From Takakia lepidozioides (Eukaryota; Plantae; Bryophyta), in contig CM060731.1 of assembly GCA_030704615.1 (NCBI GenBank), positions 78,864,001 to 78,928,000 of the forward strand: a stretch of 64,000 nt of DNA, in the 5' to 3' direction. This document shows, piece after piece, positions 27,455 to 39,330 of the stretch (the stretch's first letter is position 1; each line of letters begins with the position of its first letter). The position numbers and the translations under genes were made by a program. The notes beneath the pieces were generated by a model, which did no database searches, was not told the origin of the DNA, and was given only the letters and a program-made list of their open reading frames with translations.

Positions 27455-30240
27455 CAGACCTGGAAAGTCAAGCCACTCAAGCTGGTTACATATATATCAT
27501 GGACTCAGCTTATAATCAGAAAGATACATCTGATATATTTTCCCACACGTGTAAAAAACCCGAGCATTCAGATCATACACATTGACGACGCGAAGTTTGT
27601 AGTCAGTCTGAGTCCTGAGGTAAAAATACCCGGCTGAAAAATCGAAAGAGACAGCAGTAACAACACCACTAAGTAGCAAGCCAGCAGTAAACGTAGAAAA
27701 TGACACCTGTGCTCATGAAGTGTGACTCCTTGCCCCTACACAGATATGACAAATGAGGTAGAGAAACTAAGAGTGACAAGACCAGAAATGACTAATTCTT
27801 TTTGTAAATCCTGGTATGGAAGACAGCATCTCAATGTGAATGGTAACTTCAGATATTTGTGTTATTGCTCTGTAAGTTCTTTCTACATGGGAATTTATAT
27901 GGGTTGAAACATCTCTTGTTTCCTTCAACCTGGAAACCCCAAACCATAAAATCCAAGAAAGCATTACGAAAACCAGCACTAAATTGCTGCACAAGGACAG
28001 ATCGCAGTGGGAAGGTGAGCTGCCAAGCATTTTCTGGTCGTCAAAAGTAAATGACGCTGCCTCTGTGGGCGCTGAGCAGCCTCCGAAGAGACTATCGCCC
28101 TATTCTATCATAACAAGTAAAGCAGAACACAAGCAACTTATGTGCCCGTTTTATTTTAAAACCTCTCCTCCCGTGGCCCTATCTTCATCCGGTGGGTGTG
28201 GGAGTTGACTCTGAAAGTTCCCAAACTGATTGGCAGGGTGGCGGTCCAAATAGTACGGCATCAGGATGCGGTTATCCTTGATGTCAAGGATGTGATCCTT
28301 GTAAGAATGGGGCAAAATGCATTTCAAGGGGAAGGCTCCCCGCCGAGGGAGTTGCGCCCGACATTATAGAAAAACATAGTAGAACCACAGAAAGGAAAAG
28401 GAAGTTTAACCTCCAGCACCTCAAAGAGAGTGCACAACGAACGATATTGCCAAATTTGAGAGGTGAAGCTTACCCGCACAGAAGTGGACAGTGTGATTCT
28501 TCCCAGCTCAAACAGCTTACTGGGTCTCGCTGGCACTCTTCTACGCAGCTCTAAGGATTTCGCAAAACAAGCACTGGATTTGGTGATGGAGGCATGACAT
28601 CCGTTCTTAAAAGATCTAGATTTTTCCCCAAAGCAGTTGACTAAATTATCCATCGAAGTACCCGTCGAAACTTCTGTGGACCCCGTTTTGTTTGCAGCCC
28701 AAGTTCCCTTTTCACTACGTAGGCATGTCTGCTGTTTCTCTCCAATTTCTCAGCGCTTAGCATCTCAGCGCTTTACACTTAGCATCCAAAGACGAGGTTT
28801 TCTCTGGGTCCTGTTAAGTTTTCACGCATGAAGTTGGGAATGCAGTGGGCACGTGTTGGTGTAGGGACCCAATGTGATCCATGTATCCCCCTTAGATGGG
28901 GTTTTCTACTGACTTATTGTCTCTTAAGGCTTATGCCACCAGCTTGTCTTATGTCAACGGCTAGATTATCCCTAAACTAGATGATGTGGCATCCTAACTG
29001 GATGGACACTTGACTACAATCTGAGGAACCAATCAGGACTCAACAGCCTGTTAAGATAAGATCATGGCCTCTGGATTATAAAATGGATCAACTGGAAACC
29101 TAAGGGACCAGTGTACTTTGGGATGATCATTGAGGTGTATGTGGTGGCGAATGTTGGATGAACGGAGTAGTCTATCAGTAGCATCTATTTCCTCTGTGCA
29201 AGATCCCTTCTTCCTCGCAGGCTTCCTCTGCCGAACTAACATCCCTCCCTAAGCACCTACCCGCAGAGGAGGTGGAACAAGCCGGGTGTGTGAGAATCTT
29301 GGTGGAGACGGGTGGCAGGATTTCGTTAATCATTGCTTGGACATTCTTCGCTTGTATGCCAGATAGAGGCATACTGACGGCTCTGCAATGGCGGCGCTTA
29401 GTTATTCTCATTTATGCTTGTGCTTTTGCTTGCTTCTCGTTGTTGATGTGTTTTCTCGCGATTTTGTGATCAGCAGCCATGGCATCGTCGTCGCGCACTC
29501 TCGCTGAAGAAGAGCTCAACGCCTACAAGGAAACAGCTCCGGGCAATTTTGAGGCTGTCTTTGCTATATGGATCAAACTGGTGGTGGAAGTAGACTATCC
29601 TCCCCTCACTGAGCAAATTTGAGCGTCTCGAGCTCATCCTAGACACACCTTCCGACCACTGGGTGTGGCAGTTTGAATCAACTGCTGCTCTAGAAGGCCT
29701 CAAACCCACGAACACCCCGGAGGAAGAGGCGGAGCAAAGAAGGAAGTGCATCCAGGCTCACTACAAGGAAAAGGTGCTTTTTGCACCCGAATCGCGGTTG
29801 CGATTCTGTCCAAAACGACTGTGCGTGGGACTCCAGGTTGTGAATGATGACTTGCCAGTCGTCGCAGTTGTTTTTATGCCATGTTGGCATAAAGGATGGA
29901 GTATACAAGTCGCAGAAGTGAACTCCGGGTTTCACACCGATTTATAGGCTGATTTCCAAAAATCGGGAAAAACATATTTTTATATTAATGAAATTTGCAG
30001 TCGTGTTGACGACTGCGGGTTGGACCCCTCGAGAACATTTTTATCAATTGTAACCAATATGGCACTATTTTGAAATTACAGTGACACGCGTCGAATTGCG
30101 AGCGGGACAATTGATAGGGAGCTCGGGTTGTGAGCTCTGTAAGTCGCAGTGAGGGGGCCGACGACTTAGCGAGATTTTCAAGTCACTCCTGCTCGGCGAA
30201 CGCGACCTCCATCTCCTTCTTCTTCCCTTCCTTCATCTAC

Positions 30241-30317
30241 TGTGTTTGCAATGCGTGTGTGATCCTGGCAGCCTTGCAAAAGGGCAAAGAGGTCCATGCT
30301 GACATTGTCAAAGCTGG
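30241..30317 (+). pseudogene. PLS-class PPR gene relic, part 5' of the DNMT element
   Basis: VCNACVILAALQKGKEVHADIVKAG; the frame resumes at 41181. Confidence 0.8.
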
Positions 30318-30765
30318 TGTCGTGCGCATACATATCGCTACACAACTACATCGCTGTCCAAAACCACACAACACATGTGCACACCACACACTAGTATACC
30401 ACTAGTCTACCACTAGTCCAGCCACTAGTCCAACCACTAGGCTACAACTAGTCAGTCACTAGGCTGCCACTACGCTGCCCACTATGGCAGTCACTAGTCC
30501 ACACAATCGCCCCCCTAGCTGGTGCTTAGGTCCCTCTAAGTCCAGGTAGCCACAAGATGTGATAGTGACCATAGCCTCACTAAGTCCTCCACCACTATCC
30601 CTACTACACTCAAACTCGATAGATCAAGAGGCCGGGTGCAAGAGTTGCCCCATCGTTAGTCGCCGTCTTGCAACCTGTGAACTTGAGCTTGGGATCTCAT
30701 GTATTGACTCCTATGAGCTTGGCCTCCCATGTCTTGTTAGCTGCCTCCAGTCATGTCCACTGCCA

Positions 30766-32334
30766 CTATCCCAAGCAGTGTGGACACAACCAATCTCCGT
30801 CAGGAACCTTCTCAAGAGGTGGTGTCAAGCATCCCATATGCCAACCCCTTGAGCATCGATCACACACCAGCATGGTGGCTGCCCCTTTGGCAGACCCACA
30901 GAGCATGCACCTCAAACCTGCAGGTACCACTGCCAAGTTTGGGTCAACTCTGCCATCGACATTGGGAAGGTGACATGGCGCACAATTACGCACATGGTCC
31001 TTCCAAGTCATGCCATCCCGACCCTCCAAGATCAGGACCCCTGAGGGCAACACCTCTCGAACCCTCAGAATAACACGCCCTGCAGTAACATCCAGAGTCG
31101 TAGGAGCAGTCTGCTGCAAATAAACATAGTCACCAGGGCTAAACCTCCGAACCCCAGGACGATATCCTCCACCACGTATAGTGGCATACCTCAACGTATC
31201 ACGGTGCTGTGCAATGGCAAGGTTCTCAAAAGCCATGGGCATGACTTTCTTGAACAACTCTGCACGCTGATCACATGCACGTACCCACACGTCCGGATCG
31301 TCAAGGTTAAGGACTTGAGCAGTGTCCCTACGAATGGCTGCAGGCAAATCCGGCTCTCGGCCAAAGAGAAGGAAATATGGTGAGAAGGAGGCAAGTGATG
31401 CTTGTTTGCTGAACCTGTAGCCCATGGCTAACCAAGGAACCTGAAGATCCCAATCTCCTAGGTGTCCCTTCTGCAAGCCATACTTGCGCAAACCCCTCTT
31501 CACCGTCTGAACAACTCTCTCTGCTAAGCCATCGGCCTCAGGATGATCCCGAGAAGTGGTGCGGTGGTCTATCAAGGCTTTATCACACAAAGCCTGAAAC
31601 TCCCCCAAGAACTCTCTCCCTTGGTCCGTGAGTACCTCAGCTGGAGCACCAAATCGGCTAAGCACACGATCCAAGAATGCATACGCAGCCCCCTCACTAG
31701 CCTTGTCAGGCAATGGAACCAACTCAATCCACTTGGAGAAGTGCTCCACCATCACCAACACATATCTGTGGTGGCGCATAGTCAGTGGCAACGGTCCTGC
31801 GAAGTCAAGACTCCACCTGTAGCCCAATCCCATGATAGGTAAAGGATGCAACTGTGGTGTAGGGGCGTTGAATGAAGCACGCACCCTGTCACACACCATG
31901 CACCTAGCCACAAACTGTTGCACCTCTGTATGCATACCACGCCACCAATACTGCCCCTGCAGTAAACTGTGAGTGCGTCGCACTCCAAAATGCCCCAACT
32001 CCTCATGGGCATGCCGCACTAACCGTGCACGCTGTGTGGGGTGAGGCACAATCCTCACCCGACCATCCTCCCACACTCGAAGTAGGTGTATCCCCTCCCA
32101 CTTGAACCTCTTGGCTCGTTGCAGGATCCGATCCCTCTCCCTGGCAGTCACAATGGCTGCCGTGTCTCCCGTGCGGAGGTAGTCCAACACAGCCGAATCC
32201 TCATGTATATCTCTGGCACCACCTAGCTCATCACTAGCCTCAGGGTCCTCAGACACTCCGTCTACAGTCATCCTGTTGTAGGTCCAATCTGACCTCCCGA
32301 TGCCAAGATACACAAAAATGCAGATGCGTGCCAT
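30766..32334 (-). CDS. Integrase (HHCC zinc finger, DDE core) with C-terminal PHD finger
   Basis: HEELGHFG...CMVC; WSLDFAGPL; LTDQGREF; GLAERVVQ; terminal C4HC3 CMLC...CDRC...WHMGC...WLCPHC. Confidence 0.95.
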   Translation of the reverse strand: MARICIFVYLGIGRSDWTYNRMTVDGVSEDPEASDELGGARDIHEDSAVLDYLRTGDTAAIVTARERDRILQRAKRFKWEGIHLLRVWEDGRVRIVPHPTQRARLVRHAHEELGHFGVRRTHSLLQGQYWWRGMHTEVQQFVARCMVCDRVRASFNAPTPQLHPLPIMGLGYRWSLDFAGPLPLTMRHHRYVLVMVEHFSKWIELVPLPDKASEGAAYAFLDRVLSRFGAPAEVLTDQGREFLGEFQALCDKALIDHRTTSRDHPEADGLAERVVQTVKRGLRKYGLQKGHLGDWDLQVPWLAMGYRFSKQASLASFSPYFLLFGREPDLPAAIRRDTAQVLNLDDPDVWVRACDQRAELFKKVMPMAFENLAIAQHRDTLRYATIRGGGYRPGVRRFSPGDYVYLQQTAPTTLDVTAGRVILRVREVLPSGVLILEGRDGMTWKDHVRNCAPCHLPNVDGRVDPNLAVVPAGLRCMLCGSAKGAATMLVCDRCSRGWHMGCLTPPLEKVPDGDWLCPHCLG

Positions 32335-33818
32335 CCCGGCACCATCTCCTCGTCCGTCTCACCATGCCACCGAGCTCCAGTGTCATCCTGCTGGCTCATG
32401 CATGGATTGCGACTCAATCCATCCGCATCCCGATTGACCAAACCCGGTCGATGCACAACCTGAAAGTCATACTCCTGGAGTATAAGTGCCCACCGTGCAA
32501 GCTTCCCCGTAAGCTTGTCTGACTCCATCAACCACTTGAGTGGCTGGTGATCCGTGACAAGGGTGAAAAGATTGCCGTATAGATAGCACCTGAAGTGTGC
32601 CACGGCCCACACTGCAGCTAAGCACTCTCCCTCATATGAGCTGTACTTAGCCTCTGCAGCGTTGTTCGAGCGGCTAGCGTAAGCCACTACGAACTCTCTT
32701 CCCTCATCATCCACCTGTGTGAGCACCGCTCCAAGCCCCAGCATGCTCCAATCCGTATGCAGCTGAAAGGGACGCCCCCTGATAGGTCGTCTCAAGATAG
32801 GCGCCGAGGTCAACCTCGCCTTGAGCTCTTGAAAAGCTCGTTCCTGCTCATCTTCCCACTGCCACTCCTGGTCCACCTTGGTCAGCTTGGTTAGAGCCTT
32901 TGCAATGGTACTAAATCCCTTGACAAACCGTCTATAATAGTTTGCCAACCCCATGAAAGCTCGAACTCGGCTCACATCCGTGGGGCGTGGAATTTGTGCA
33001 ATGGCCTCTACCTTAGTCTGCTGTACCCCCAATCCTCCAGGATATATCATGTGACCCAGATACTCAATCTGGTTGTGGAAAAACTTGCACTTCCCCGGAT
33101 GCAACTTCAATCCGTGCGCTCTCAAGCGCTCCAATACCACCTGAAGGTGTCTCTCATGCTCCTCCATCGTAACACTAAAGATGATGATGTCATCTATGTA
33201 GCACCGAGCAAAGTCCACCCCTGCTAGAATCCTATCCATGACTCTCTGAAACTCTGCAGGAGCATTCTTAAGCCCAAATGGTAAGAACCGCCACTGATAT
33301 AGGCAATCCTTGCCGTGCTCATTGATCCCCCAGAATGCCGTCTTCTGCTTGTCCTCCTTGATTGGCAACTGGTGATATCCGGATCGTAAATCCAAAGTGC
33401 TAAAGGCCTTAGCATGCCCGATGGCATCAAAGATCTCCTCTGGTGTTGGCATGGCATACTTATCGGACTTGGTCTGACGATTTACAGGCCGGTAATCACC
33501 GCACATACGTCTCTCCGTCCAATTGCCATAGACATCCTTCTTGGCTGGCATCACTGTGGCTGAAGCATACTCTCCACCAGAGAGCTCCACCAAACCTGCC
33601 TCCCAGAGATCTTGAGTCCTCATCTGAATCAAAGACCTCTCCATGTCACTGTATCTATAGGGTCTCCGAAAGATTGGCGTGTCAGTGGCCAACTCAATAC
33701 GGATCTCTTGACCCTTCAGTGCTCCCAAGTCCTTCAAACTGAAGGCAAAGCAATTCCTGTAAGCCCTCAGGAAACCGCCGTATACGTCGTCTCTCTCCTC
33801 CGGTGACAATGGGTCCAA
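32268..33818 (-). CDS. Reverse transcriptase plus RNase H (gypsy type)
   Basis: RMCGDYRPVN, LDLRSGYHQ, LPFGLKNAP, YIDD, LHTDWS, EGECLAAVWAV, TDHQPL, DADGLSR; 516-aa open frame. Confidence 0.97.
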   Translation of the reverse strand: MDPLSPEERDDVYGGFLRAYRNCFAFSLKDLGALKGQEIRIELATDTPIFRRPYRYSDMERSLIQMRTQDLWEAGLVELSGGEYASATVMPAKKDVYGNWTERRMCGDYRPVNRQTKSDKYAMPTPEEIFDAIGHAKAFSTLDLRSGYHQLPIKEDKQKTAFWGINEHGKDCLYQWRFLPFGLKNAPAEFQRVMDRILAGVDFARCYIDDIIIFSVTMEEHERHLQVVLERLRAHGLKLHPGKCKFFHNQIEYLGHMIYPGGLGVQQTKVEAIAQIPRPTDVSRVRAFMGLANYYRRFVKGFSTIAKALTKLTKVDQEWQWEDEQERAFQELKARLTSAPILRRPIRGRPFQLHTDWSMLGLGAVLTQVDDEGREFVVAYASRSNNAAEAKYSSYEGECLAAVWAVAHFRCYLYGNLFTLVTDHQPLKWLMESDKLTGKLARWALILQEYDFQVVHRPGLVNRDADGLSRNPCMSQQDDTGARWHGETDEEMVPGWHASAFLCILASGGQIGPTTG

Positions 33819-34129
33819 TGTCAGGCTCCCAATTGTCCTCCGTAACTACAACCTTAAGTCCAGTGGGCTTAGAGGTAGAGGACGCGTCCGTGGTTGCTAT
33901 GCTGCAACCTCTTGAGCAGTACTCCCTACCTGCTCAGTCAATGACAAGGCTCATCCTGCCCCATCATCTCATCCTTGAGGACCTCCTCAACCCGAGAAGA
34001 ATCCCAACCTCATCCATCACAGCCGCCTTGGCTGCCAACTCCCTCTGAACCTCGAGCACCTCCCACGTGTGCCATGGATGCATGCACCCCGTGGTCCTCA
34101 CATGCTCGCCCCCACTCACTGCCTGTACC

Positions 34130-35170
34130 GTCTCGGTAGGCAGAGAGACCATTGAGGGAAGTGTATTCCGCACTCTGCGTTGCTCAGCTAGAGCCAAGCT
34201 GATAATCCAGGTCAAGCAATTGAGATCCATTGCTTGCCCCAACACTTGACGACGTGATGCCTCAGAAAGAGACGACACCGCCGTGGTACCAGTGGTAAAA
34301 CCCATTGCCCGCTCACGCTCGTCAGCATTAGGCTCCACTAACTGCTGCAACTGAGCATCCCACAGGAGGCCAGGTCCACTATCCCGGAAAGCATGCGATC
34401 CTGGGAAGCTGAGCAGTGTAGTGTAGGTAATGCTGCTCGTGGTTGACCCACCTTGTTGACCACTGCCAAAGGCGAACGGTCATCGTGTCTCACACGTTGA
34501 GACTGCCTCCCTGTGTCCAGAATGTTATCCACTGTGAGATGTGCTGGCCGCTGCACCCCATCAAATGCACGCTTGAGCAGTGCGGGTGGCATCATGTTAG
34601 TCCACCATAGCCGTGGACGATGAGCCCGTGACCCCACTGTAGCTGCATCTAGCAACACTGCTGACCCAAGCCACGACCGGACTTGATGCACACTGGCCAT
34701 CACCCTGGCCCGAGAATCGCCCATCAGTGGCACATTCTCCAAGATGTATGCTGGAGATACAGCTTGATGAAGCTGCAAGTGGCGCAAAACCCGCACCATC
34801 TCCCAAAACAGACCCGACCTCGAGTCTCGCAATCCATTGCCATGCCCGGCTGATGAATGCCCTTGGCAGGGCCAAACCTGCCACTACCAGATCAATGGAG
34901 CCAACCCGCTCCAAATCCTGCGCCCCCAGCAACGAAATGTCTGCTGGCAAGGCCTGCTGATATCCACGAATTGCAGACACCGACAACAACTCAGGGTACC
35001 GCTGCACCAACTGAGCAACATGGCGAAGTGAAACGCGTCGTGCAGTCTCATCCCTCTCCACATACAGGTAACGCCGAACTCGTACACTGCCTGTAAACAC
35101 AGCAGCCAATCCGGTGCTGATCCCGCCAAACAAGTCCAGAAGACAAATGCCTTCATCCGGAGACTGCCAC
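34130..35170 (-). CDS. C5-cytosine DNA methyltransferase domain (DNMT3-like) within pol; split by frameshifts
   Basis: Motif I LLDLFGGISTG; II YLYVERD; III ADISLL; IV DLVVAG/WPCQGHSSAG (catalytic PC, +1 slip near 34875); V RDSRSGLFWE; VI YILENV; VIII AHRPRLWWTN; IX ERERAMGF; X RRQVLGQAM. Canonical order. Confidence 0.92.
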
Positions 35171-35429
35171 ACAATAGGTGTGGTGTCCAATGGAGACAAT
35201 TGAGGTGGTCCTGGTGCAATCCCCACACTCTCCTCCTCTCCTGACGGTACAAAAGCCTCCACCCAGGCTTGTTGCACCCGTCGATCAGCATCCCGCTGCA
35301 AATCCTTGCTCGTGCCCCACAATGGAGTCTGAGCAACCATGGTAGGCAACTCCGCCATACCATACATGTCATCCTGCTCTCCCGGAGGTGGTACATCCTC
35401 TGAATGAGCATTGCCCTCAAGCAACTCTC

Positions 35430-35960
35430 TAGGCCAACTCTGCCGCTGTGAATGCTGCTAGTGTCGGCATCTTGCCTCGCTGGGCAACCGCAACTCCTCC
35501 TATGAACGTCACAGGGAGCTGCACACGCCGGCCCTCCCCTGACTGCCATGCAGGCCTATAGGAAGCTGACTCCTCCCAAAAATCCAGGGTGAAGCCCATG
35601 GGGTACAACACTGCCCCACCAACCAGGACATCGTATGAGACTGCGTCTGTCACAATGGCCTTGGCTCGCATCACTGAGCCATCTGTAGGGTGATCCGGCC
35701 GTAGTCTGATAGCCAACTCATGCCGTGTCATGCCCCGAGCCTGCTCCGATCCTCCAGAGACGTCTGTATCTGGAAAGGACAAGGCTCCATATCCGCCTCC
35801 GTGAGGCCCAAGCCTGCAATAGCAGCTCTGCCAGCATCAGTGGCTGAGCTCCCGAGTCCAACAAGACCGCAGTGGCCGGTACCTCTTGCCTGCCGGTCCA
35901 CTCAAACAGAAAATGCCATCCTGGTTGTCTAACATGACAACTCCAGGTGTCACCATGGCG
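35430..35960 (-). pseudogene. Aspartic protease of the DNMT retroelement
   Basis: VLLDSGAQPLM at ~35835-35866 and YDVLVGG in ORF 35429-35782. Confidence 0.8.
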
Positions 35961-36489
35961 CGCTCAATGGCTGGCCTAGCTGGCAGCTCCATCAACCTGG
36001 CAGCTGCAGCTTGCCATGGCGCCGCCGTGGCAGTCTTGACCCTCAAATCCGAGGATCCCTCCGGCACTACACTCCCACTATCTCCGCAGAAGATGAAGTA
36101 ACCTCCCCACTCTCACAGAGTGTAGCTGCCAGCCTGAACACCTCAGCTGGTCTTACCCCGGCGTCGCAATCATGGTAGCCGAGAACAATGGAGCCTGGCA
36201 CACAGATGTGGCCGCTCCTAGCAGCACACTAGCTGCCGTAGCCTTGGCAACACTAGGTAGTGGTGCTACCCGTGTAGCTCTCCCAATGGCATAGTAACCT
36301 CCGCCTCGGTAACAGTCGGGCGAGAACTAGGTGCCATGGATGGCGTCGACACTGTCTCCGCCAATGTGAATGACTGAGGAAGCCTAGCCTGACGGCTTGC
36401 CTCCCCACGCTGTGGATCCAACTCCACCTCTGCACCTCGTGGCTCAGGAACTCGTGCTGCTCCTCGAGTCACGGCTGCAGCAGACTCCA

Positions 36490-38070
36490 CCTGCACTAGT
36501 GGTAGTGCTGCTCCACACATGAATCCCATGCCTCCCATATCTCCTCCCTCAGGAGCAGGAGTGGACCATCCGGCCTTAGAGCCGGTACCACCTGAGCTGT
36601 AGCCATGGCAGCGAGCCTCTGCTCTAGCTGCTGAAGCCGGTTGGCCATGCCTTGGTCAACACCCTGACCTCCGCGTCCTTGGCCACGTTGAGCTTGCCCT
36701 TGGCCTGCACCTCGTGGCTGGCCACCTCGTCCTCTCTGGGCTGCTCCACCTCGCCCCCGGCCACCATTGTTCCCTTGGAACTGGCCTGGGCGCAACTCAG
36801 GATGCAAACCATAACACTGGCCTCTCCATGCCCGTGCTTGCCACAATGCCCACACTGCAACTGTGCAGGCTGTGCATGTGCCGGCCCTTTGCCTCCCTCT
36901 GGCAATCCTTCTTGACATGGGGTCCTCCACATGTCCAGCACACCACATCCGCCCGTTGTTGGCCAGCAAATGAAGGGAGAGACCCCTGCATCTGAGGTCC
37001 TCTCTGCCCTTCCCTGAGCTTCACCTGAGCCCCCTTGTTGCCTTGAGCACGTTGAGGTAGTGGTTGGCTAGGAGCACCACTACCCCGTGGGTGTCTCCTT
37101 AGCAAATCCCACCATGACCACTCGTTCCTCCACCATGTTGAGCTCTATCCGCTCTGCCAGCAAAAACACATTTGCTAAGGTGGGTTGGGCCGCTTGTAGG
37201 AGAGTTGCATCCCGCACCCTTCTCCTCAGCTCCTTGTCCAATATCCCATACCAGAATTGGACTGCCTGAGCTTCCGTAACCCCTTGGGTTACATTATCAA
37301 GCGCCTCATGCGAGTGAAAGCCTCCCTCAAGCTCTCGGTCGGCTTCCGTTGGAACTCTTGCAAGCTCCGCAACTTCTCTGTCCTCACCCCTTGGTAGTTC
37401 CCTCTCAACTCTTCGAAGAACTCCACAACAGGGTTGAAGGCAGGCACGGGTGCTAGTGCTGGTGCGGTAGTGGCTTGGGTGGTGGACGTCGTAGCTACTG
37501 TACCACCAGTCCCACTGCTACTTGCTGAAGCTGCCGGTGCAGCGGCAGGTGTAGCCACTGCCCTCGTGGCTCTAGTGCCCCTAGTGATGGAGACATAGTC
37601 GGGTGACCAGTACATCCTCCACTCCTCGATCTCAACCTCATGCCCCCGCCTGAACTCATGGTAATCATCCATAGGCGGCCCCTCAAGGTGCTGAACCCTT
37701 TCCATGCCATGAAGGCGTAAATAGTTGTGGATTGCGCATTTGCTGCAAATCACACCAACTATCAAACTCTTGGATAAAATCATCCAACTCAATGGTGCCC
37801 ACCGCCCCAGAGTACCTTCGTGGCCCCTTGGTAGCTCCATACATCTCCTCCATTGTGTCCCACAACAATGGCAAAGAAACAACTTGCACCGCCGGTATGA
37901 GTCCTCCTGATTCACAATCCGAATCAGAACCTTCCGTAGAAGACACAGGAGGTGAAGGTGGCCTAAACCGCACACCTCGTCTCGTGTACCCACTAGTATC
38001 GCTAGTGCTCGAACGGCACTGTCCCCAGCAACTAGTGGCACCTCCGTGTTGACACTCAACCGGTCATGAA
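36490..38070 (-). pseudogene. gag-like region of the DNMT retroelement (frameshifted)
   Basis: RRYSGAVGTIELDDFIQEFDSWCD; LRSLQEFQRKPTESLREAFTRMRRL; two knuckles CWTCGGPHVKKDC and CGHCGKHGH-x4-C; RGG-rich tract. Confidence 0.8.
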
Positions 38071-38689
38071 CATGTCCCTAACCCCTCTCCACAAGGTAAC
38101 CGGGTAGAGAACCTGTTGCGGCTTATGGTTTGGAATACTAAGTTCCTAACATAGCCTACACCTGTACCTGCATCCACCGCAAGCACTCCTATGGTTGGCT
38201 GGTCATCACCTCCCTCACCACAGGAGAAACAATGATGGTCTGGCTGGTCATCACCCCAGCCTCACCATCGACAGCATGCTCTAGGACTGGCCGGTGATCA
38301 AATCCGGACCAATCACCTATAAAAACGCGCCCACACAAAACTAGCATGGCGCACAGTCAAGCATGCAGGTATGGAGGGGATCCAAACACAAGAAATCAGA
38401 CGACAACTCCCCCACCAAAAACAACTCCATGCTCCTGCAAGGACACCCCAGCCCAAACCCGGACTGACTCTTGCCTCCACCTACGGAAAGGTCTTGGCCT
38501 AATGAGAGGGTGGAAACTACGAGGAAGAGAAGCTAAAGCAATGCCTAACCCCAGCATGCCTCATCCCAACACTTCCTCTCCTCTCCCTCACTTGCATGAC
38601 CATGGGAATATCATGAAGATACTCCTCAAACCGCCCTCCACGAGCTTCAAAATTCGGCCTTCCAGACCACATGCCAGTCCTTAGGCAGT

Positions 38690-39330
38690 CCACCAGTGCC
38701 TCCACGAGTCAGCACAGGCCGTCCACAGGTCAACACGGGCCACCACAGACCAGCACAGGCCCACACAGCTCACTGGTCAGCCGTCACAGTCCCACAGGCC
38801 ACTTGTCCCACATTCAAAGGCCTCACATTCACAGTCACAGGGGCACGGCAGGCCCGTCACAGCCCCAAAGGCCATTTGCCTCAGGCACAGCCCTCACAGC
38901 CCTCACAGCCCCAAAGGCCTGCCACAGCCCCTCACAGGCCCCTCCTGTCACAGCCCCTCACAGCCCCTCACAGTCACAGGTTGTCACAGCCCCTCACAGC
39001 CCGTCACAGCCCCAAAGGCCAGCACGGCCTTTTTCACAGCCTGTCACATCAGGTCACAGCCTGGAATCACATTCACAGCCATTCAACAGGCCCCACAGTC
39101 ACAGCCCGTCACAGCCCCAGGCCTCAGGCACAGCCTCACAGCCGTCACAGCCCCAAAGGCACACAGCCTGTTCACAGCCCGTCACAGCCCCACAGGGCAC
39201 ATCACAGCCCCTCACAGCACAGCCCACAGCCGTCCAACATCACAGCCCGTCACAGCAGGCCCTTCACAGCCCCAAAGGCCACACAGCCTGTCACAGCCTT
39301 CCATCACACACAGCCTGTCACAGCCCCACA
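38690..39330. repeat. TCACAGCCC minisatellite in the 5' region of the DNMT element
   Basis: Dozens of (G/C)TCACAGCC(C) units with CCCCAAAGGCC variants. Confidence 0.9.

Noticed and set aside
27900-29950. Coding-like fragments between CAD and the PPR relic
   Set aside because: Interrupted by stops, with no family I can recognise; left unannotated.
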